This document shows positions 16,564-26,546 of a stretch of 36,406 nucleotides of DNA, one piece after another. The DNA is from a virus (Duplodnaviria > Caudoviricetes), in the IMG/VR virus record IMGVR_UViG_3300011336_000391, positions 1 to 36,406 of that record; one strand, given 5' to 3'. Position 1 is the first letter of the stretch, and every line of letters starts with the position of its first letter. Both the position numbers and the translations under genes were made by a program. Under the pieces are notes generated by a model that saw only the letters and a program-made list of their open reading frames with translations, was not told where the DNA came from and ran no database searches.

Positions 16564-18012
16564 ATGGAAGAAGATACAATGGATATGCCGCAGGAGAACA
16601 TGGCCGATGCCGGACGTGGCACGGACACGCAGCTTGCCCACGTTACTTTAGGCGAAATTGTTCTACCGCTTCCTGTAGTTGCCAATGAAGAATTGCGCCC
16701 TTTGCTTGAAAAGGTATTTGCCGATGCTGGTATAGATATAAATCAATACACCGTTGGCCATGAATCTAACAGCATCAACCCCGAAACAGGATATCCTGAG
16801 TTTGGGTTTTTTAAGAAATTTAAGCGTTTTGCCAGTATGGCGTTGCCTATTGCGGCCTCATTCATCCCGGGGATTGGCCCAGTTGCCGCTGCGGCTTTAG
16901 GGGCTGGCGGTGGTTTATTAGGTGGCGGTGGCCTGCGGGGCGCATTACTAGGTGGCCTTACAAGCGGCATTGGTGCCGGCCTCGCTGGGGGCGCTTCTAG
17001 CTCCCTTGCTGGCACTGCTCTTGGCAGACTTGAAAGTTCTATTTCTGGTGCGCTTTCCCCCATAGGCTCTGCAATTAAAGGCGGATTAAGCAGCTTAGGT
17101 TCGGGAGTGAGTGGAGCCTTGGATGGTATTGGAAACGCCACTGGACTTAGTGATATTTATAACTCAGCTTCCGGCACTTTGAGCAATGCTGCGGGCGGGA
17201 TTAGCGACACGATAGGCAATGCCTACAACGGCAGTACGTTACAAAACGCATTTAAGAGCGGTGGTGATGTCTTAAACTCCATCGGAATTAACACAGGCTC
17301 AGACGGTTTAGAGGCCGGAGTTGCCGCAAATACAGGCGGCGGGGCTTCATCTTATGGCAGGCAACTACCATGGCTTTCTGAATCAGTAACAAACCCAGCA
17401 GATGCAGCATTCCTCAATAATGCAAATAGTGTTTTATCACCAACAATAGGAGCAACGAGCGTGGCCGGATCAAATTACGCATCACCAATATCAAGCACAT
17501 TGCTTGGTACTTATACTAATAACAAAGCCGAGAATCAACTCTTAAAACAGCAAAGGGCAAATGCTGAGCTTTACAAGCCTTACCTTAATTTCAATTTCAA
17601 CCCCGGTGATTTGACGCAAGATCCCGGTTATCAGTTTAACCTTGCTGAAGGAAACAAGGCGCTCGATAGGCAGCAGCTCGCAAAAGGTGGGTATTTCTCA
17701 GGAAACGCTCTTAAAGAAGCGCAGACGTTTGGGCAGGGCTTGGCGGATAACACCTACAACATAGCGTTTAACCGCGCACTTCAGACCAATCAGGAAGGCT
17801 TGCGTGGTGCAGGCGCTCTTGCGGGTGTGAATGACAACATCGGCAATATCCGCGCTGCATCAACCGTAAATAGCGGAAACCTGTATAGCGGTGCGCTTGG
17901 CTCTATCCTTGGTGGCAACTCATTCACCAATACCGGTGCATTACAAGGTGGAACTAATGACTGGTTGAGCAATTATTTACGTCAAATGCAAATGCAGAGA
18001 ATGGCGGGATAA
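16564..18012 (+). CDS. DNA ejection (pilot) protein 1
   Basis: Gly/Ala/Ser-rich with glycine-zipper segments; DPGYQFNLAEG..AL......GG.FSGNALK motif; synteny. Confidence 0.7.
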   Translation: MEEDTMDMPQENMADAGRGTDTQLAHVTLGEIVLPLPVVANEELRPLLEKVFADAGIDINQYTVGHESNSINPETGYPEFGFFKKFKRFASMALPIAASFIPGIGPVAAAALGAGGGLLGGGGLRGALLGGLTSGIGAGLAGGASSSLAGTALGRLESSISGALSPIGSAIKGGLSSLGSGVSGALDGIGNATGLSDIYNSASGTLSNAAGGISDTIGNAYNGSTLQNAFKSGGDVLNSIGINTGSDGLEAGVAANTGGGASSYGRQLPWLSESVTNPADAAFLNNANSVLSPTIGATSVAGSNYASPISSTLLGTYTNNKAENQLLKQQRANAELYKPYLNFNFNPGDLTQDPGYQFNLAEGNKALDRQQLAKGGYFSGNALKEAQTFGQGLADNTYNIAFNRALQTNQEGLRGAGALAGVNDNIGNIRAASTVNSGNLYSGALGSILGGNSFTNTGALQGGTNDWLSNYLRQMQMQRMAG

Positions 18013-18013
18013 C

Positions 18014-18910
18014 ATGGCAGTCGATTTAAGCGTATTTGATAAACAAAAGACGGTGCTGGATCAGCAGGCGTTACAGGAGGCATTTCAATTAAAGAAGGCT
18101 CTGGCGATTGCTCAGTTGCAAAAGCAAGCTAGCGGCGACTCCCTTCCTGCGCCATTACAGCTTGCAAATGAATACCAGAAACGCCTGCAAGCTGGCGATA
18201 CGGTTGGTGCTAATCAAATATTGATGTTTGCTAAGGCGGCAGATAAGGGCTTGGTAACTGATGCCACAGGTTCCTTCCAAGCGGCTCCAGGTTATGCCCC
18301 TGCGGTTGGGGAAATTGCGGCGACTAAGAAGGGCATGGAGCACCAGGCAAGCAAAAATGTCGATGTTGTAATGAATCCCCGTATTGCAGGGGGTGAGGCC
18401 AATGCCCGGAATGCCTCCGATCTGACTTATGCGGCTCCCACGGCTGCCGCCACAACGACAGGGAAGATGACCGGCGAGGTGGAGGGCGGAAAAGTCAAGA
18501 GAAAGTATCAGGCCGGAAATATGCTCGGGCTGATAGAGGAAGCCGAGATTCTATTGCCTAAAGCCACCAGCGGCAGGCTTGACACGGTAGTAAAAGCCGG
18601 GAAAACGCTTGTCGGCATGAGCGACGAGAAAACACAGGCCGATAACCAGCTCGGCGTGATCGCCGCAGGGCTGGTTTCAAACGTGCCGCGCATGGAAGGG
18701 CCGCAATCAGATAAAGACGTTATAATGTATAGGGAAGCGGCGGGTGACATAGCCAATACGAACAAGCCGTATAAAGACAGATTGGCGGCGCTCAATACGA
18801 TTAAAGGGCTACAACTGAAATACGCTGACCAGCCAGCTGCACCCGTTAATCTATCAACCGACAGTCCTGCGCCGCAAACTGACTATAAATCAAGATACGG
18901 GTTGAAGTAG
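18014..18910 (+). CDS. Putative DNA ejection protein 2
   Basis: 298 aa, helical, PRMEGPQSDKDV..Y; synteny with P22 gp20. Confidence 0.6.
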   Translation: MAVDLSVFDKQKTVLDQQALQEAFQLKKALAIAQLQKQASGDSLPAPLQLANEYQKRLQAGDTVGANQILMFAKAADKGLVTDATGSFQAAPGYAPAVGEIAATKKGMEHQASKNVDVVMNPRIAGGEANARNASDLTYAAPTAAATTTGKMTGEVEGGKVKRKYQAGNMLGLIEEAEILLPKATSGRLDTVVKAGKTLVGMSDEKTQADNQLGVIAAGLVSNVPRMEGPQSDKDVIMYREAAGDIANTNKPYKDRLAALNTIKGLQLKYADQPAAPVNLSTDSPAPQTDYKSRYGLK

Positions 18911-20341
18911 ATGGCCGATTTAGCCCGCATAAAAGAAAATGTTGCTAAGATGGCGAGCATGAACGCGCCGGAAGCAGACATTGACGGCTATATCGCTTCT
19001 GAGGGTGTTAGCCTTGGTGATGTGCGCGACTTTCAATTGCCAGCGCAAGATACCTTCACCTCACGCCTTCAATCTGATTTTCAAAAGCGTAAGAATGCCG
19101 CTCAACTTCCGGTAGACACCACGCGCCAAGTATATCGCGGCTTAATAAATAATATTGCAAAACCTGTTAATGAAGCCGTTTCTGCCGGTCTTGGCTATAT
19201 TGGGCAAGGCTTGTCGAATTTTGTGACTCCAGAAGGCAAGCAGGCGTTTGGTAATGCTGTAAACTATGTAAAAGAATCGCCTGTTGGGGTGGCTGTTGGT
19301 GAGGGTGTTCAGCAAGTAAAAGATGAAGTAAATGACCTATCACAATACAACTCAAACCTTAAAGATGATTTATCGGCTTTAGGGCAAAATGCACAGTTTG
19401 CTGCTAATTTGCCAATTGTAGCGCCTCTTACAAGTGCGGCGGTTTCTGCGGCAAAACCAGTTGCTTCGTATGTCGGCACCGGAGTTAAGAATAGAGCCAT
19501 TGGCGCTAGTGCGCTCGGAAGGGAGCAGATTGACGATGTGCTTCTATCACAAGGGAATGCTACCGGCGACCTATACAAGGCCGTGGATGCTACTGGAGCC
19601 TCACTTAAACCAAACGCAGCCCAGTCGATTAATGCCAATGTCCTTTCAGCAATTGATGCAAGCCAGATCAATCCAGCGGCTAGCCCAAAAACCATAGGCG
19701 CGGTTAAGGAGCTTTATAACAGGGTAACGGTAGGAAAGATTAATCCTATTACTGGAAATGTAACCCAAGCCCCAATTTCTGTTTCTGAATTAGATGGTTA
19801 CAGGAAATTATTAGGAAATATCAGTGGAGAAGATGCTGTTGTCGCCAATAAAGTCAGGAGCGCAATAGATTCGTCTTTAGAGGCGCTTTCTCCTGCGGAT
19901 TTTAATGGCGGAGGCGTTCAAGCGGCTAAATTGTTGACGGAAGCAAGGGCAAGCGCCGCAAAAGGCTTCAAACTTGCACAAATTGCTGATATTATCAAAA
20001 AAGCTGAAGGTAATACGATTGCGATTAAACGCGGATTCAAAAAGCTAATTGACCAAAAAGACTGGGAAAGAGGCTTTACAGCCGATGAAATCCAAGCAAT
20101 CAAAGACGCAGCGCAATATGGAGTTGGCGAAACATTAGAGCGTGGGCTTGGTACTTTTGGCCTAGATTTAGGAAAGACAAAAAATGTCGTTTTACCTGTG
20201 CTTACTGGTGGTAGCGTTGGCTTGGGAGTTCCGGGAGGAGTCCCGCTCGTAGCTGCCGGCACTGTTACCCGCCAAACTGGAAAGCTGGCCGCTCGCGGCA
20301 AGGCTCAGAACGTCTTAAACAAAATTCAAAATAGAAAATGA
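18911..20341 (+). CDS. Putative DNA ejection protein 3
   Basis: 476 aa, helical, GFTADEIQAIK; synteny with P22 gp16. Confidence 0.6.
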   Translation: MADLARIKENVAKMASMNAPEADIDGYIASEGVSLGDVRDFQLPAQDTFTSRLQSDFQKRKNAAQLPVDTTRQVYRGLINNIAKPVNEAVSAGLGYIGQGLSNFVTPEGKQAFGNAVNYVKESPVGVAVGEGVQQVKDEVNDLSQYNSNLKDDLSALGQNAQFAANLPIVAPLTSAAVSAAKPVASYVGTGVKNRAIGASALGREQIDDVLLSQGNATGDLYKAVDATGASLKPNAAQSINANVLSAIDASQINPAASPKTIGAVKELYNRVTVGKINPITGNVTQAPISVSELDGYRKLLGNISGEDAVVANKVRSAIDSSLEALSPADFNGGGVQAAKLLTEARASAAKGFKLAQIADIIKKAEGNTIAIKRGFKKLIDQKDWERGFTADEIQAIKDAAQYGVGETLERGLGTFGLDLGKTKNVVLPVLTGGSVGLGVPGGVPLVAAGTVTRQTGKLAARGKAQNVLNKIQNRK

Positions 20342-20352
20342 GGAAGTAACCC

Positions 20353-22356
20353 ATGAGCGTACTCCTATTGCCCCCAATCTTCCAGTTCTTTGACGACAAC
20401 GGCGATCCGCTGGCGGGTGGCTTTGTCGATACGTTCGCGGCTGGCACGACCACGCGCCTTGCAACATACACAGATTACACCGGGACTATTGAAGCACCGA
20501 ATCCCATTGAACTTGACGCAGCTGGCCGTCCCACATCGGGAAGCGGTGCAATATGGGGACAAGGTGCATATAAATTTATCGTAAGGGATGCAAATGGCGT
20601 TCAGGTTGGAGATCCACTAGACAACGTCACCTCATTCACCGCTTTGGCAAGCGCCACAAATGCTTTTTTCCAGTCTTTTAGTGGTAACGGCTCACAGACG
20701 GTTTTCACCACATCAGATGATTTAGGGACAGAAGAAAAAGCCCTGATGGTTTTTGTGAGCAAAGGTTTAGAGGAAATCGCAGTAAACGGAAGCTTCACCT
20801 CTGACACGGGATGGACTAAAGGCGCTGGCTGGACTATCGCGGCGGGTGTAGCAACGGCAACGGGGGCGATTTCAACCGCGCTTTCACAGGTTCCAACTAT
20901 CTCCCTTGTGGTTGGTCAAGCCTACGCAGTGACCTATACCGTTACGCGCTCCGCTGGCGGGTTAATCCCTTCGCTTGGTGGGCAGAGTGGCGTAGAGCGT
21001 ACTGCTAGCGGAACATATAGAGAAATCATCATTGCGGCCTCCACTACACCGATTGCATTTACTGGGAATGCTTTCACTGGCACACTTGATAACGTATCGA
21101 TCACCCGTGCGGATGCTCAAGGGTATGATATTCTTTCCCCGTCTGCCTTTACGATTAACGGCACATCTTTAACATTCGCATCTGCCCCGGCAACTGGAAC
21201 GAATAATATTTACGTTTTCGCTCCATCATTGCTTCTTGGCGCGGCTTCAAGTGCAGCAGCTTTGGCGCAAACATACGCCGCGCAATCCCTTGCATCGGCT
21301 GCGGACGCGGCTGCATCTGCGGCTCAGGCGGCGGTTTCAATTAAATGGCGACCTTTGGCTGCGTGTGCCACTACGGCTAATATTACTTTATCCGGCGAGC
21401 AAACCATTGATGGTGTTTTGACCAGCTCTAGTATTGTAGTGGTAAAAGATCAGGTTTCCCCACCCGAAAATGGTGTTTATGTTTCCGGTGTAGGAGCGTG
21501 GACGAGAGCTACAGATGCCGACACATGGGATGAATTGGTCGGTCAGTCTCGCACGATAAACGCAGGCACTGTTAATGCTAAAAAGAGTTTTGGGAATACC
21601 AACAGTTCGGGCGGAACTATCGGTGTAACAGATGTAACATGGACTGAAATATTCTTTTACCCCGCGCCTAATTCTGTAAGCTCTGCAAGCCTGACGACCG
21701 CCCTCGCATCCTCGCTTATCCTTACGGTAAAAAGGCAATCCTTCACTGGAAATGGTACTTATACACCTAGCACGGGGATGGTTTATTGCGATATTGAGGC
21801 ATGGGGTGGTGGCGGCGGTGGTGGTGGCGCTCAATCAGGCTTTGTCGGATCGACAGGCGGCGGCGGTGGAGCAGGTGGATATGCTAAAAAAGTATCTACA
21901 GCGGCATCTATTGGCGCATCACAAACGGTTACTATCGGAGCCGGAGGGGCTGGGAATAGTGCAGCAACAGGAAGCGCGGGGGCATCTACTTCTGTTGGTG
22001 CTATTTGCGTAGCAGCAGGCGGCTCAGGTGGGGCAACATCTGGCGCGGCAGCCAACCCTTCTTCTGGGGGATCTGGAGGGGCAGGTGTAACTGGCGATGT
22101 TTTGGCAACGGGAAATGCGGGTAATCCGGGAATAGGTGTAAATGGGTCTAGCAACATACCATTAGGCGGCGCTGGTGGCGCATCCTCAATGGGTGGCGTT
22201 GCGGCTGTCACAGTTCTAAACGGCGACACGGCGGGAGCTGCGGCTGCTGCTAATAGCGGATCGGGCGGCAATGGCGCATCATCTAAATCAACCGCACAGA
22301 TTGGTGGAGCTGGTGGAAGCGGTTATGTAATTATTACTGAATATTGTTCACAATAG
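20353..22356 (+). CDS. Tail fibre/spike with N-terminal head-binding domain and glycine-rich C-terminus
   Basis: QFFDDNGDPLAGG...AAGTTT..ATY...NPIELDAAGR; ATTANITLSGEQTIDGV; WGGGGGGGG...GGSGYVIITEY. Confidence 0.8.
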   Translation: MSVLLLPPIFQFFDDNGDPLAGGFVDTFAAGTTTRLATYTDYTGTIEAPNPIELDAAGRPTSGSGAIWGQGAYKFIVRDANGVQVGDPLDNVTSFTALASATNAFFQSFSGNGSQTVFTTSDDLGTEEKALMVFVSKGLEEIAVNGSFTSDTGWTKGAGWTIAAGVATATGAISTALSQVPTISLVVGQAYAVTYTVTRSAGGLIPSLGGQSGVERTASGTYREIIIAASTTPIAFTGNAFTGTLDNVSITRADAQGYDILSPSAFTINGTSLTFASAPATGTNNIYVFAPSLLLGAASSAAALAQTYAAQSLASAADAAASAAQAAVSIKWRPLAACATTANITLSGEQTIDGVLTSSSIVVVKDQVSPPENGVYVSGVGAWTRATDADTWDELVGQSRTINAGTVNAKKSFGNTNSSGGTIGVTDVTWTEIFFYPAPNSVSSASLTTALASSLILTVKRQSFTGNGTYTPSTGMVYCDIEAWGGGGGGGGAQSGFVGSTGGGGGAGGYAKKVSTAASIGASQTVTIGAGGAGNSAATGSAGASTSVGAICVAAGGSGGATSGAAANPSSGGSGGAGVTGDVLATGNAGNPGIGVNGSSNIPLGGAGGASSMGGVAAVTVLNGDTAGAAAAANSGSGGNGASSKSTAQIGGAGGSGYVIITEYCSQ

Positions 22357-22365
22357 GAGAGACAA

Positions 22366-22704
22366 ATGGCAATTTATAACGAAAGAACTGTAACTATCGC
22401 AACCGGGGCAACGCAATCAGCAACCGGTGTTGATTTGAGCGCCTTCACGCTCTTGGGAATTTATTTTCCATCAAATTTTGATGGGACAACGATTACCCTG
22501 CAAACCAACACATCTGTAAATGGTGATTACTTTAGCGTTTTATCTGCTGGTTCGGCTTATACAATTACAGCAGCGGCTTCAAGTTATGCGCCAATTGAAA
22601 ATCTAGCAATTGTTGCTGGCATTCAATTTTTGAAGATAACCGCAGGAACCGCACAAACCACCTCTAACACTGTGTTTACGTTAGCTTTGAGAGAAGTTCA
22701 GTAA
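22366..22704 (+). CDS. Putative virion protein
   Basis: 112 aa beta-rich, AGGAGAG SD, in the tail cluster. Confidence 0.6.
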   Translation: MAIYNERTVTIATGATQSATGVDLSAFTLLGIYFPSNFDGTTITLQTNTSVNGDYFSVLSAGSAYTITAAASSYAPIENLAIVAGIQFLKITAGTAQTTSNTVFTLALREVQ

Positions 22705-22717
22705 AAAGGGAAATAAA

Positions 22718-24832
22718 ATGCTATTGCTTTTTGGTAATACCGCAACCGCCTCCCAATTCTATGGTCAAGCCCCTGCGCTTGATGCGTGGAAACGCATGTA
22801 TCAAAAGGCGCTGAATAACGAAAACCAGATGCTTGCGTGGATCGGGGATTCGCAGGAAACCACACCCAACGGGACGACAGCCGGTTGGCAGGAACGGTTC
22901 ATGTGGAATTTGTATAAACGCGCGGGCAATAAAGTTACTGCGGCTATATCAAATAATATGGCTTCTTATGGCGGAGGCGCTCCGTATTCGTTATGGCTAA
23001 CAAGGGGAGCATCGTCTGGAACTGGGAATACTGGTTATACCGTGGCAGAGGTTCCTCCGGGCATGTCGGTATATGGCGCTAATCAGCTTGGGAGATTGTC
23101 AAGCGGTGGGTCTACTCGTGTACTATTGATTCAACTACAATATGACGCATCTGATGTGAATCCATCGGCTCAGGTTCCAGTTCAGAATTATTTTAACCCG
23201 GCGGCTCCATTTTACATTGATATTTATGCAAGAGCCAGACCGTCCTCGAAAGAAATTCGATGCCTTATCGGGTATAATAACACAAATGCTCCCTCTGGCG
23301 GCCCTTCAGGCGGCAACATCGTTGACGTGACAACCTCAACATGGTCGCCATCTGGTAATCTTAATGATACGGCGCAACTTAAAAAAACAACCCTTGGCCC
23401 ATATACAAATCCAAATCCCGTTGCCAATCCCTATGCCCAAATTTATATGCTATCTCCTAGCGCATACGATGGGAATGAAGCCGATTTACAGGCGATAGTA
23501 TTCAGGAAGGCTACGGAAGAAGGCGGCTTTAGTTCAGTCGCATGGTCATTAGGTGGCTATACGGGCGGCATCACCCCGGGAGATAATTCTGTACTTGGAA
23601 AACACGCAAGTTGTGCCCCATGGCTGCAAAGATTCAGAAAGCCTGATTATACGATTCTCGCAACAGGAACGAATGATCTTTACGGGTCATTTTATACTGC
23701 TGCGACTATCCGCTCTAATTTCCAAACATTCCTAAGCACAATGCGGGGAAGTAGCTGGTACAATGACCTTACCATGCCGTTTGCCATTTGCATCGACCCG
23801 CCGCGGAACTGGACGGGCGATCAGGCGTATGTCACCCAGCATAATCTTCTCGCCTCCGAGCTAAGAACCCTTTGCGATGCAGACCCCTACACGCTTTACA
23901 TTGATACGAAAAAAGCTGTTGAGGCTGTTGGCTGGCGAGATGGCTCTGCTGCTACACCGTATCTCGCCGATGGCGTGCATTACAATGGCCTTGGAGCAAG
24001 GACAATGGCCGACAAAGCCGATCAACAAATGTTCTTTCTTTATTCTTCAACGCCCGACAATTTCCAAGCCTACAGCACGATACTTGACGGGGTGACGGAT
24101 GCTTACGTGTTATCAACAGGAATTTCTGGTGTAACCACAAGCGCCACGCTTTCAGGAGCGTTTGTTTTCAAGCCGGAATTAACAGATGGCGATGCTGACG
24201 GCACACTGTTTGCTTGTGGCGGGGATGCACTCATTGATGGAGAGCAAGCATTAGGTTTTAGATATACTAATGATTCGGCAACCCCAGCCAATAACAAATT
24301 TTTTATTCGTGGGATTAATGGTCTTACTCCTGAAATTCGCATTGATTTTGATAGCTCTAAAATTGTATATGGGTCTTGGAATCTGGTAACATTTTCCCTT
24401 GATTCATCTGGGAGAAGCTATAACGCTTATATTTCTAACCGAAATGGCTTATGGCAGAATCTTTCTGCTACCGAAACAACATGGACGGCAGCGGTTACAT
24501 TCCAAATAAATCCGACAGGGACACCGTTTTATCTTGGCCGGGCGGGTGATGCTGGGGGCGGCGCTTTTTATCATAATGGCGGATTGTCTCAAGGCTATGT
24601 CAATACGGGAACGGTGGACTGGTCTTTGAGCGCACAGCAACTGAAGCTGATGCGAGCTAACGGCTCGTTGCTGAATTGGGAATTGCAGATAGGCCTTGGG
24701 CTTCTCACGGCTCCGCTGGTTCTTTTTAACAAAACCCTCACATCAACCTATGACAATAGCCTGTTGTGCGGCTCTGAGTCTGTAACCATTGAGGGAGCGC
24801 CCACCGCTGGTGACGTTCCGGGAGTAACCTGA
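22718..24832 (+). CDS. SGNH/GDSL esterase plus LamG/concanavalin-like domain, putative tail-associated protein
   Basis: Blocks IGDSQ, SLGG, GTND, DGVHYN; beta-rich C-terminus with WNLVTFS and FYLGR. Confidence 0.72.
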   Translation: MLLLFGNTATASQFYGQAPALDAWKRMYQKALNNENQMLAWIGDSQETTPNGTTAGWQERFMWNLYKRAGNKVTAAISNNMASYGGGAPYSLWLTRGASSGTGNTGYTVAEVPPGMSVYGANQLGRLSSGGSTRVLLIQLQYDASDVNPSAQVPVQNYFNPAAPFYIDIYARARPSSKEIRCLIGYNNTNAPSGGPSGGNIVDVTTSTWSPSGNLNDTAQLKKTTLGPYTNPNPVANPYAQIYMLSPSAYDGNEADLQAIVFRKATEEGGFSSVAWSLGGYTGGITPGDNSVLGKHASCAPWLQRFRKPDYTILATGTNDLYGSFYTAATIRSNFQTFLSTMRGSSWYNDLTMPFAICIDPPRNWTGDQAYVTQHNLLASELRTLCDADPYTLYIDTKKAVEAVGWRDGSAATPYLADGVHYNGLGARTMADKADQQMFFLYSSTPDNFQAYSTILDGVTDAYVLSTGISGVTTSATLSGAFVFKPELTDGDADGTLFACGGDALIDGEQALGFRYTNDSATPANNKFFIRGINGLTPEIRIDFDSSKIVYGSWNLVTFSLDSSGRSYNAYISNRNGLWQNLSATETTWTAAVTFQINPTGTPFYLGRAGDAGGGAFYHNGGLSQGYVNTGTVDWSLSAQQLKLMRANGSLLNWELQIGLGLLTAPLVLFNKTLTSTYDNSLLCGSESVTIEGAPTAGDVPGVT

Positions 24833-25113
24833 TGAAATTCTATTATCACCTCAACGCACTCCACGCTAATTATGCTGCGCTTCTGACCTCTCTCACTACG
24901 CTTCATCAGGCTGAGAATAGCTACACCAATGTTAGAAATTCCCAAACCAAATACATGGAAACAGGCAATAGAGATAATCTTGCGGGCACGCAGTCCATTG
25001 TCAGCGTATCGCTTGCCGCAGACCCATCAATTTCAAATGCGGCAATTATTGGAATGTATACCGAGGCTCAAGCGGCAAGCCTCCCTTGCGTTGTTAATCC
25101 TGATTTGTGGTAA
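24832..25113 (+). CDS. Hypothetical protein
   Basis: 93 aa, TGATG coupling. Confidence 0.6.
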   Translation: MKFYYHLNALHANYAALLTSLTTLHQAENSYTNVRNSQTKYMETGNRDNLAGTQSIVSVSLAADPSISNAAIIGMYTEAQAASLPCVVNPDLW

Positions 25114-25119
25114 GGAAAA

Positions 25120-25344
25120 ATGGCAAAAAGGGATGATTTAGAAGATCGGATTCATGCGATTGAAAACAAGCAGGCCACTGATGACGGGTTTCGCGCGGGG
25201 TTTTGGAAAGCTATTATGGTCTGCATCACGGCAACTGGTAGTTTTCTGTCCTTTTGTGTTTGGCTGGGCGGCCTTATTTATTATAAAGTCGGTGCTGTGA
25301 AAGTAGGGATTTTGGCAGCTCTGGCAGAATTGCAAAACAAATGA
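25120..25344 (+). CDS. Membrane protein, possible holin/antiholin
   Basis: Short coiled coil plus TM segment, AAGGA SD, start of the lysis region. Confidence 0.55.
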   Translation: MAKRDDLEDRIHAIENKQATDDGFRAGFWKAIMVCITATGSFLSFCVWLGGLIYYKVGAVKVGILAALAELQNK

Positions 25345-25505
25345 GATTTTTTCATTACACCATGTGGGTTGCCATGACCCTTATCTTCATATCCACAGGC
25401 GCTTTGATTGCTGGGCAAAATGATATGATTAAGAAAAAACAGTATGAAATCATATTGTTGCAAATGCCCTTGTCGGTGCTTTGCGAATTAAGGGTGACAT
25501 CATGA
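25341..25505 (+). CDS. Small membrane peptide (54 aa)
   Basis: MRFFHYTMWVAMTLIFISTGALIAG...; ATGA overlaps at both ends. Confidence 0.45.
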   Translation: MRFFHYTMWVAMTLIFISTGALIAGQNDMIKKKQYEIILLQMPLSVLCELRVTS

Positions 25506-25894
25506 TAACCGTTGACCTCATCCGTGTTTGTAGCTCAGACGAAGGCACTTTCGGGGTGATGGTAATTGATAATAATCCTTTGTGTGTGACCTGCGAGGAG
25601 CCTTGGAAAGATAACGCTAGGAAAGTCTCCTGCATCCCCTCGGGGGAATATAGCTGCATCCCTCATAACGGGGGAAGATTCAAAGATGTTTGGGAAGTTT
25701 CGGGCGTTTCCGGTCGCACTGCAGTATTAATCCATAACGGAAATACCATAAACGACACTGAGGGCTGCATCCTTGTCGGTAAGGGATTTGGATGCTTAGG
25801 AAACCTTCCATCTGTCACAGATTCTATTGCCACGCTTAACACGCTGAGGGCGAGGGATGACTTAAGAGATGGCTTTATTCTGAGGGTGAAATGA
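25502..25894 (+). CDS. Putative endolysin, DUF5675-like
   Basis: GTFG...CEEPWKDN....SCIPSGEY...V.GRT.VLIHNGNT..DTEGCILVG; sits before holin and spanins. Confidence 0.75.
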   Translation: MITVDLIRVCSSDEGTFGVMVIDNNPLCVTCEEPWKDNARKVSCIPSGEYSCIPHNGGRFKDVWEVSGVSGRTAVLIHNGNTINDTEGCILVGKGFGCLGNLPSVTDSIATLNTLRARDDLRDGFILRVK

Positions 25895-26118
25895 ATAAAA
25901 TTGTAAAAGACATGATTACCCAAGCTGATGGAGAATCATTTTGCCTCATGCGCGTAATGACGATTTTTGGCGCATTAGCCTGCGTGATCTACGCGGGGTA
26001 TTCCATTTACAAAGGAGTGACGGTTAGCTTCACAGAATGGGCGCAGGCTTACGCTACCGTTACCGGGGGTGGATCGCTGTCGATTTGGGCTAAATCCAAA
26101 GCGGAGCCAGAGCAGTGA
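25891..26118 (+). CDS. Putative holin
   Basis: 75 aa with two hydrophobic segments between endolysin and spanin. Confidence 0.55.
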   Translation: MNKIVKDMITQADGESFCLMRVMTIFGALACVIYAGYSIYKGVTVSFTEWAQAYATVTGGGSLSIWAKSKAEPEQ

Positions 26119-26546
26119 TCTGGCTGGCTGCTAATTGGCGCTTGGTTGCTTACGGAGCAGCGTTTCTAGCGGTTTTCGGGAGTGGCTGGCATGTTAGGGG
26201 CATCATTGCCGAACATAGCCTTGAGAGCGCCCTATCCGATCAAAAAGCAAGCCTAATTGCTCAATGTGATGCAGATAAGAAAATAACCAGCGAGGTGTCA
26301 AATGATTACCAATCAAAAATTCAAACTCTTAATAATCGCATTGCCTCTCTTAAACGCTTGCGCCCCGCAGGCTGTGTGCCAATTTCCAGCCCCACCAGCG
26401 GACATAATGAGGCCGCCGGAAACCTCGATGCTGGAACGCATGGAATTACTGCTGAATCTCTCATCGAGTACGGCGGCGATGCCGAAAAATACCGGCTCCA
26501 ATTAATAGGCTGTCAGGATTTTGTTAACAGGGTGTGGAGTCGCTAA
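26115..26546 (+). CDS. Rz: Inner-membrane spanin (Rz-like)
   Basis: N-terminal TM with GWHVRG, coiled coil, C-terminal QLIGCQDFV. Confidence 0.75.
   Translation: MIWLAANWRLVAYGAAFLAVFGSGWHVRGIIAEHSLESALSDQKASLIAQCDADKKITSEVSNDYQSKIQTLNNRIASLKRLRPAGCVPISSPTSGHNEAAGNLDAGTHGITAESLIEYGGDAEKYRLQLIGCQDFVNRVWSR
26302..26505 (+). CDS. Rz1: Outer-membrane lipoprotein spanin (Rz1-like), embedded in Rz
   Basis: Signal KFKLLIIALPLLNAC with lipobox Cys, Pro-rich CQFPAPPADIMRPP; +1 frame inside Rz; GAGGTG SD. Confidence 0.78.
   Translation: MITNQKFKLLIIALPLLNACAPQAVCQFPAPPADIMRPPETSMLERMELLLNLSSSTAAMPKNTGSN

Noticed and set aside
6827-24640. Many minus-strand ORFs inside the structural genes
   Set aside because: Antisense shadows of long Gly/Ala/Thr-rich genes with no recognisable motifs.
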